This document shows positions 55,569 to 64,000 of a stretch of DNA of 64,000 nt, piece by piece (position 1 is the first letter of the stretch; each line of letters opens with the position of its first letter). Under the pieces are notes generated by a model. The model did no database searches and was not told the origin of the DNA. It saw only the letters and a list, made by a program, of their open reading frames with translations. The stretch lies in contig CALSCP010001139.1 in the NCBI GenBank assembly GCA_943704425.1, positions 39,704 to 103,703 of the forward strand, in the 5' to 3' direction. The stretch comes from Ministeria vibrans ATCC 50519 (Eukaryota; Protista; Filasterea). Position numbers and translations under genes: made by a program.

Positions 55569-56339
55569 TCACTTTTTGATAATTTGAATAACGTCATCAT
55601 CCTCGACGACATGGGCGAGGCCACAGCGCTGGGGACTGAACTTGGTGCTAGTGCCCCATACGAGAGCATATTTGAACTGCTCAACCATTGTCCGATGGAT
55701 TCCGTGACACTATGCGGGGGAAAAAAATAGGGGGGAGGGGGGGAATGTGTACGTGACAGGGTATTGCGATTTGAGACGTACCACTGCTTCGATGGTTGCG
55801 CCGGAGCGGAGGACAATTCCTTCGTCAAAATCCGGGAATTTGCCTCTCTTTTTGGTGTACACACGGATCATTCGCAGTTCCTCCCACATTCGCATAATCA
55901 GATGGTCCAAATTGACATTGAGCTGACAACTAAAGTCAATAAGTGTGAGCGAGAGAGAGATTGAGCCTGAGAGTGGGTAGTGGTGGTACCTGACTACGAC
56001 ATTTTTGTCTCCCCTTGCAATCGAATCAACTTCCTCCATCGTCACCGTGTCCACCTAAGCAACGTACACACAAAAATTAGTTGAATATCACATTGAGTAT
56101 CAGCCCACAGTCAGACAGACAAGCGCGCATTGCGCATCAATGCACAGGCACACACACACACAACATATGCGTACTTTGTTGTAGCAGTAAATGCAGGGCA
56201 TGTAGATGCGGTTGCCCTCAATCACGTCAATAAAGTCCTCGGGTGAGCAGTCCGCGCGGAAAATGACGTCGGCGTTGAAGATTTTGTACGTGCCCAGAAT
56301 CACTTTGACCATGTGTTCATCACATCTGACAAAATAGAC

Positions 56340-56381
<42 letters not shown>

Positions 56382-56423
56382 GGGAGGGAGAAAGAAACAA
56401 AAGTAATAGAGAGAGGAGAGAGA

Positions 56424-56454
<31 letters not shown>

Positions 56455-57416
56455 GAGAAAGAAACAAAGTGATAGAGAGAGAGGAGAAAGAAACAACGTG
56501 ATAGAGAGAGAGAGGAGAAAGTAACAAAGTGATAGAGAGAGAGAGGAGAAAGAAACAAAGTGATAGAGAGAGAGAGAGAAAGTGATAGAAAGAGGAGGGA
56601 GAAAGAGACAAAGTGAAAGAGAGAGATCGAACCAAAGTGAAAGAGCAAAGTGATAGATATGAGTGACAGACTTGAGATTTGTTAGTGTGGTACTTTGTGA
56701 GCTTGCATGTTGCGGTAAACGTGAGACCTCCACCCGTCTTGGGCTTGTAGTAGATGGGTGGGATGGGCTTGTTGAGCCGCAGCCCTACTGCCTCAAGTTC
56801 CTTTGTCAGTAGTTCCCTATTGATATTCACTCATAAGTTCATAATAATATATATGGGTGAGTGTGTCTTCGTTTTACTTTTGAATGTCGCCCTTTCCTGC
56901 GTCAAGCATCATCAAGACCATATCGGCTGTGCGTGCCACTGAAATGACCTAATGAACACACACACACACCACACATACACACACACACACAATAGCCAGG
57001 TTTTAATGTCCGATCCCACAAAAAAAAAAAAGACTGCGTGCATGTCTGTCTGACTTTCTATTTCATCTCCCTCGCTCTCCTCCTTCTCTTTTGTAAGTGT
57101 GTGGTGTGAAGTGTTTTAGTTACCTGCCTGCCGCGTCCTTTACCCTGTGATGCTCCTTCAATGATTCCTGGAAGATCCAACAACTGAATCTTCGAGTCAT
57201 GATACTGCAACAAGGACATGAAAAGAAAAAGGTCAGTGTCTCCGTTTTTTTATTGTACTTTCTTTTCCGTTGCCTTACATCAATTGTTCCCGCAACACAC
57301 GTAAGCGTCGTAAACTCATAGGCAGCAGAGACAGACCTGTACAAACATCACTCAATCACACACACAAATACCACGAAATACGCACACACACAATACACAT
57401 ACACATACACATACAT

Positions 57417-57469
<53 letters not shown>

Positions 57470-57996
57470 CACACAATTGTTACTCTGTCGGTGTCACTTT
57501 GCTGAGTAGTGTAGACTTGCCCACGGACGGAAACCCAATCAACGCCACGCGCGCATCGCCGCTCTTCATCACATCAAAGCCCTGCCGGCACAGAGTGTCA
57601 GGAGACACACGCCACTGCCCCGTTTCCCTACCTCGTTTTTCCCACCCGCTTTCGAGCCATTTCCCTCTATCAATTGCGTGCGGTACTTGGCCAGTTTCGC
57701 CTAGGAACAGCGTCATAAACACACCAAGTCGGACTGCCGGGCGGCGGGTACCTTGAGCGTGCCCAGATGGTAGTTTGTCGCCTGCAAGGCAACGCGAGCA
57801 GTTAGGTTACGACACATTCTCAAACTGCCATTCATTGTGCCATGCTGAGCCACAAAGAGCGTCGCCACGGCGCCACACATAACCCACACAGCACACAGAC
57901 ACCCGACAGGCACCGTGTTGCCTGCGTTCTCACCTTGTTCTTCTGAGTCTTTGCAATCTCCTTTTCGATTTCCGCAATTTTTTCTAAAATGCCCAT
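55569..57996 (-). CDS. DRG2: Developmentally regulated GTP-binding protein 2, multi-exon
   Basis: [49 protein letters not shown] domain [13 protein letters not shown]. Confidence 0.93.
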
Positions 57997-58244
57997 GCTG
58001 AAACTTCGCAGAGAACTTGAAGGTAAATAAAAAAGCAAGGAAACAAAACAAGAGGGAGAGAGAGAGAGAGAGAAAGAAGAAATTATTAGCTTTCAGTAAT
58101 TCAGTTTGACTTTTGAGAAATGAGAATAAAATATTCTACTTGTTTTGAGCAGTTCAGTTTTTTTTGCCGTTGCTTAGCGCCTCCCTCACACAACCTCACA
58201 CATCACACATACGGCACTGATACCGTAGTTGTTCGGAGTCAGGC

Positions 58245-59260
58245 ATGGGACGGGCAAAGAGATCGCCGGCGGTCGATCGATACTCATTGCCGTCTGCTCT
58301 TCCCGTCGACGACGATCCTTCCGACGATCTGAGCCTTCCGCCCTCCAGTGCCGAGGGATACCTTCGCCGTGTCAGGTACGCGCCCCATATGTAGTGCAAG
58401 CTATGTCCTCACCGGTGTCTATTCAGAAAACAAGCGGAAGAGTGTTTCGCGGACGATTATCTCGTCGCGGACGATCTGGTCTCGACAACCGCCTCGACGA
58501 CGTTCCAAGCCGTACGCGTCCAGCGTCGACACCCCCATTCTTCCTCTAACGACCTTTCTTCTGCGTTCTCGTTTCCTCCCTCTCTCTCTCCCAGGGCAAC
58601 GCACGACAGACGTCTCCGCACGACTGGCCGAAAGAGCGACGCTTGCTTGCCGTTGCGGACTTTGCCGACACCAGACAGGCGGTGGTGCGCTACCTTGCCA
58701 CCGCTAATGACCCTCGGCGTGCCCTCAGTGACAGTGGCAGCGCCTCGGCACTTCCGCCACTCTCGGACAAGGCCAAATGGCGGCACGTCTGCACCAACGC
58801 CGAAGTGGGTGAGGGAGCCCCACCTGTCGCCCCACTCTTAAGTCGCGTGGCAACTCTTGAGACGGGCGATGTTGAATCGCTCATCTTTCGCAACCTGGAA
58901 TGGTTGCGTGAGTCCAATTCTGTCTCTCAATCGCAGCTCCAATGGCTCTTTGCGCTTCTCTCCCAACTCGATCGGTCCTTCCTCTCTCCCTCCGCCACCG
59001 CTCTCCTTCGCGATCTCCTGCGTCTCTGCCAATCTATTCGAGACACACTAGTAAGCCATAAACACAAAAGGAGACAGAAACACCGACGTGTGATGCATGT
59101 CTGTCTATCTGTCTATCTGTGCACATGTGACTTTCTCACTGTATGTATGTGTGTATGTATGTGTGAGTAGGACACGACGACAGAGGGCGACACGGCGGAT
59201 GGATGCACCCTCTTGATGGTGATTGTGGCAGACTACTTTGCCCAGCGCGATCTGTACTGA
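58245..59260 (+). CDS. GEMIN2: Gemin2/SIP1 (SMN complex), multi-exon
   Basis: PPSSAEGYLRRVR, WLFALL...L..SATALLRDLLRLC, C-terminal IVADYFAQRDL. Confidence 0.8.
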
Positions 59261-59345
59261 CTAGAATGTTTGTCCTTTGTACCATAACTATCGTATAAAA
59301 TAATAAAGACCCTCTATACACACGAAAGAAAAAAAGAAAAAAAGC

Positions 59346-61466
59346 TCAATGGACGCTGACACTAGCGACATTGAGTGAGGCAGTGCGAATGGCACGGGCG
59401 GCAGTGCAGACGGCCTCGTGACTCGGGAGTAGGACAGCAACAGAAGGGCTGTCAAAGGAGGAGACGGACCACACATGGGAGGGCCACGGAGACACACAAG
59501 CGGCCCAAGGGGAGCGCGCCTTGGCTAAGGTAGTCTGCTGTTGCTGCTGTGACTGTTGCTGTTCATGCAGCGTATGCGCTTGGCGACCTCGATAGCGACG
59601 GAGCAAGCTACCGTGATTGTCGCTTGGAAATGCTATTACTGCTCCTGTGTGCGGGTGGTAGGGTGACAAGGAGAATGTTGGTGAGGTTACGGGTTCGGGT
59701 GTCAGGTACAGCTGATCGAGAAGGGATGCATCGAGTAGCTGACTGACGCGGTAGTCGTCGACGGGACCCACATCCTCCTTGTCGGCTGCTGTACTCAGTG
59801 TGCGCAGCCGATGGATGGTGGTACCGTGAACGTGAACATCAAATGGTCTCAAGAGTGTCTTGAGGCGTCGTCGAGTGTCTGGGGCGAGTCGCGTCGCACC
59901 ACTGCGCAAAAGCAACTCGACAACATTGATTTTGCCGTTCTCCAGCGCCACATCCAGTGCGGTGTTGCCCGCGTGGTCCAGTTCATCGCTATCTATGTAG
60001 CGCATCAGCAGAGACATTACTCCGCGACGACCGAACTTGGCGGCAATGTGAAGGGCTGTCATGCCGTCATCTGTTCGACTGCAACACAATAATAAATCAT
60101 GCATGTGTAAGACCAACGCAAACTTGATGAAAAAGAGGAGATGGGAGGAGTGGTTGCGGTGTAGAATGACTATATGCAAGAGAGGCGAGTGAAGGAAGAG
60201 TCCGCACAAAAATACAATCGAACAAATAAACACACTCACGACACACCACAAAGACAGAATACCTTCCCATATCAGCACTGAACCTCTTCAAGTAGGGAAT
60301 TCCCTCTGTCTTTCCGTTTGCCGCTGCGAAATGAAGCGGTGTCCAGCCACACGCGACTTTAACATTTGGATCGGCCTGCAATGTCCCATTTTAAAAAAAG
60401 TTTCATCCGTGGCAGTGAGTATCCCCATTGTATCTCCACCGCCGCACCGCGTCCTACCCCAAACTCCAAAAGAGTCTTTACAGCTGATCCTAACCGACGA
60501 AAGTGGAGAAAAATGAATGAAGAGTTGGTTCAGGTTTGCACCTTTCAATTAAACTCAAACTGTCGATTTTGTTTGTTTTACCTCGTCCATTCTTTGCTGC
60601 CGCATGCATCGGGCCTTCCATGTTGTCTATTCCCTTATTGATGTTCAAACCTCCTGCGCACGTACACGTGTGAGCTCGATACAAGTCACACGGTCTTATT
60701 TGCGCGACAAGTGTTTTTCCAAAAGCTGCGTCGCACTCAAATCCCCATATCACAAAACAAAAACATTTTGGGTCAAAAGCACGCGGGTAGTGTGTATAAA
60801 GACGCCATTTTAAACACGCTGGAGCAAAAAGAATGCGATTTTGAAGTGGACCGTTTACGAGTGGTTTAAGAATTTGGCGCGGGCGCGTTTCTAACGCGCA
60901 AGTCAATACTTGAAGGTGTTCTCTTCTATTGACTGGACTAAAGCACAAGCAACACAATGGAACTACACCATCACAACAACGACAGCATAGATAGCTTTAT
61001 GCGCCATGGGCCCAAAAGGTGGATTGAGGCCAGTGAGGAGAGCGTTGACACGAAAACACATTTAGGCGACACAAAAGGCCTCACTGGTCCTGCTGCCACG
61101 CAGATCAGAATGGGAGTTTGTCCATTGTTAGTGGTTGAGACAGATAGACTGCAAAGTGTGCAGGAGGCGTGCTATACTGCGCGGGAGTTGGTGGATTTGG
61201 GATTGAGACTCGATGGGAAGTCAATAAAAGAGCCGACAGAAGACATGGAACAGACAAGCGCGCCAGGACGACTGGCGAACGTTGAGTGGTATACAAAACC
61301 ACAAGGCGCTCAAACGCTGCGTGAAAGAGTCTCGCTTGCGCAGTGGCGGAAACGTGAACTGCTGAGCCAACACTCAAAATAAAGACTCACTCATACCAAA
61401 CAGAAGCATTTGCTTGAGGCGACGGATGTCACCGACGGCACACACTCTACATAGCTCCTCGGACAT
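59346..61466 (-). CDS. Ankyrin-repeat protein, multi-exon
   Basis: Exon fragments MSEELCRVCAVGDIRRLKQML, NGQTPILICVAAG, PMHAAAKNG, GWTPLHFAAANG, GMTALHIAAKFG, GNTALDVALENG. Confidence 0.75.
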
Positions 61467-61480
61467 GGCGAAGGATGTAG

Positions 61481-61515
<35 letters not shown>

Positions 61516-61751
61516 AAGCAATGAGTGAATAAAAAAGAGTGATCGAAAAGCCAGTCGGGTCTTGAAAGGCCCGACAGAAAGGGTGGTCAGCAAAATGACT
61601 CGGTAAGAAGAGCACCGTCAAGGGAAACAGGAAGACCGCGCAGGATGCCGGTTGTTCCAAAGCACACACCTCCATCTCGCTAATATCAAATGTCCCTTTC
61701 GCTTGTTGTTTGGGGGGGTTTTTTACTTATATTTTTTTTTTGTACTTTTGT

Positions 61752-62764
61752 TTAGGCACTGCTGACGGGATTCCAGGCAGTGACACTGTCCTTGGTGACA
61801 ACCTCGACAAGGGAACCGCCAGCAATGTCAATAGCACCACTGGCCCATCCAAAAAGACGACTACAAAGCACAGTAGTTAGTGGGTACAGGAGAAAAATGT
61901 ATGTATGTGTGTGTGCGTGTGTGTACTCGGCGACTTCTTGCAGGGGTGTCCAAGTGGTGTAGTCGGCGCCCGACATGAACTTGCGGTTCATCGGCGTGTC
62001 CAGCGTCACCCTATGGTGAATGGAAACAACAGAAGACATCACTCGATGATGATGCGTATATCAAAGTAGAGATAAGGGTCATACGGAAGAATGGCGACGG
62101 TGCGAGCGCCGTCGGGCATGCCAGCGCTGTCACCTGAGAGAGACGCGACAAGCTGGTGAACGGCCGCCTTAGCAAGGCCATAGCCGATCATAAAGCCAGT
62201 GCCACCAAGCGCCGCCTTCGCACCCGTGAGCTGCAAGAGACCGCCAGCCTTGAGGTGCTTGGCAGCGAGGTGCGACGCAATCACACTCGTCCACACCGAC
62301 TGCTTGATCATCAAGTCGGTGTTCTTCACCAGGTCGTCGCTGCTAGCGTTTCCGCCAGCCCATCCTCCAGCAACGCACAGAATGGCGTCGAGCTTGTCAC
62401 TGTCACCCAGGTGTTGTGATACTCCATCAACCACCTATGGAGGAGGTTCAAGGGGTGCCAAGGAGAGGTGAGGAGACGAACGTGAGTCTATTCATTTTTC
62501 TGTTCGTTTCGATTGTGCCATCAAAACCAACCTTGTTGGTCTGGTCTTGCCACGAGTCGCTGACGGAAAGCACAATGTTCTGCGTTGCCTCTTCGTTGGC
62601 GGCAAGGTCGGCCGAAATGACCGTCTGAGAGGCAAGGGGTGCGCATGGTCAAAGGAGAAGGGGTGTCGAGTGCGCCGTACCCATCCTTGCTTCACAAAAT
62701 GAGCCACAATGGTGCTGCCAAGGGCACCCTTTCCGCCGTAGACAAATACTTTTTGGGCTGACAT
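61752..62764 (-). CDS. QDPR: Dihydropteridine reductase, multi-exon
   Basis: [48 protein letters not shown]. Confidence 0.95.
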
Positions 62765-62896
62765 GTGGAATATAACAAAAAAAAAGTAAAAGAGGACAGA
62801 AAAGTTCAATAGTCACATACAATCAGCGATCTATTCACATACAATCAATACAATCTACTCTATCTTTGTCTCGCATTGTCTCTGGTCAAGCTTGCT

Positions 62897-63885
62897 ATGG
62901 AAGGAGGGCACTTTAGTGGGACTGTGCAGTTCTCGCTGGCGAATGTCACCGAGTATGCGCGCCTGAAGAGCCGTCTCATGAAGGGAGCGCGCCAAGGCAG
63001 CGGAAGCCTCATTTCGCGCCGCGACACCGTCACATCCATCGCCGATAGTCCTCTGAGAGAAGCGTGCGAAGTATTGAGTGCCGAAGAGCGTCGACAGCGG
63101 TTAGAGAACCCATCTCACTTGTTGTTTCCATCAACCGTCTTCATTTTGTGTCGTTCTTTCCCAGTGCTCGTCGGAAGTTCCGTTGGGCTGTCCACCAGAT
63201 CATTGAGAGCCGCCATCGTGACCAACGCGTGTTCAAGGACGGCCGCTTTGTGCGTGGTCTGCTGAATGCGCGCAAGTTTCTCGTCGAAGACTTCTACTTT
63301 CACCTTCTGGAGATGCGCCTGGCGTACGTCCTTCTTCTCATCTTCGCAGTGTACCTGGGGGTGTCCCTCCTCTTTGGCGGTCTCTACTACGCGGTGCGCA
63401 CCGGCATGAACCCCGATCCGAGCTACTACTTCCAGTGCGTCTTCCACAGCTTGGCCATCCTGAACGAAGTCAAATCGCCGTTTGAGCCAGACGTCGAAGA
63501 GAACGCTGGCGATGTGACTCTTGCCTACTGGTGCGAAACACAATGTCAATGGACACGCATCTGTGTTCTCACCCGCCCTTCTTCTTCATTAAGGTTTGTG
63601 TACTATGTTGAGGCGACTTTTCAAAAGATTTTTGCGGCGCTCTTTATTGGACTCATCGTCGACCGACTCTCGCGGCCCATTCCACGAATCATTTTCAGTC
63701 ACTCGTCGGTGATCTCGTCGTTCCACGGCCAGCAATGTCTGATGTGCCGCGTCGCCAACGAGCGCAACACCATGCTCGTAGGCTGCCAGGCGTCTGCCTA
63801 CCTTGTCCTCCCCGACTCCGCCACGGGTGGTGCCAAGCTTCTTGCCCTCGCGCTCCAGAACCCATCCCCTCCCATGCTCATTTTG
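62897..63885 (+). CDS. Inward-rectifier (Kir/KirBac-like) channel homologue with a non-canonical pore; 3' end outside the window
   Basis: Translated by hand; the channel exons are not in the ORF track. Slide helix/TM1 EDFYFHLLEMRLAYVLLLIFAVYLGVSLLFGGLYY; TM2 ...FIGLIVDRLSRP; cytoplasmic IIFSHSSVI...GQQCLMCRVANER. Confidence 0.82.
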
Positions 63886-63906
63886 GTACGTTTGTCAACT
63901 CCAAAT

Positions 63907-63909
63907 TTA

Positions 63910-64000
<91 letters not shown>
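63907..64000. repeat. (ATT)n microsatellite in an intron
   Basis: Pure att repeats to the window end, after the gtacg donor at 63886. Confidence 0.95.

Noticed and set aside
60957-61382. Plus-strand 141-aa ORF
   Set aside because: Antisense to exons of the minus-strand ankyrin gene.

Overview
Gene-dense, intron-rich eukaryotic genomic DNA from a draft assembly with many N gaps. It has short GT-AG introns full of CT/CA/ATT microsatellites, GC-rich exons and AT-rich intergenic spacers. The gene content (ADAM10-type protease with Notch-type EGF repeats, Mad/Mnt bHLH-ZIP, B3GALT6, FOXRED2, CCDC77, YIPF4) suggests a unicellular holozoan such as a choanoflagellate or filasterean; this is inference. 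About 30 genes can be recognised, mostly housekeeping: ICT1, GST-theta, YIPF4, CYP4-like, XPD, GT10, USP16/45, PAE/Notum, MOCS3, DUSP, POP5, SURF2, PDI, PGM2, GCN2, NDUFV2, DRG2, Gemin2 and QDPR. The outstanding object is a ~9.3-kb gene (3921-13262) encoding a single type-I membrane protein. It fuses an ADAM10-like prodomain, metalloprotease and disintegrin to ~33-35 Notch-type EGF repeats. Six of these EGFs are split by an uncharacterised ~120-aa domain and one by a plastocyanin-like type-1 copper domain; an SEA-like RRR segment, a TM helix and a short tail follow. Other oddities: a Kir-family channel whose TxGYG filter aligns with EVKSP; a PGM2 gene split by a 6.7-kb block holding two 5'-truncated genes (probably misassembly); ERSE/UPRE-like motifs in the first PDI intron; and two dispersed repeat families. 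All homology calls come from motif recognition by eye; no searches were run.
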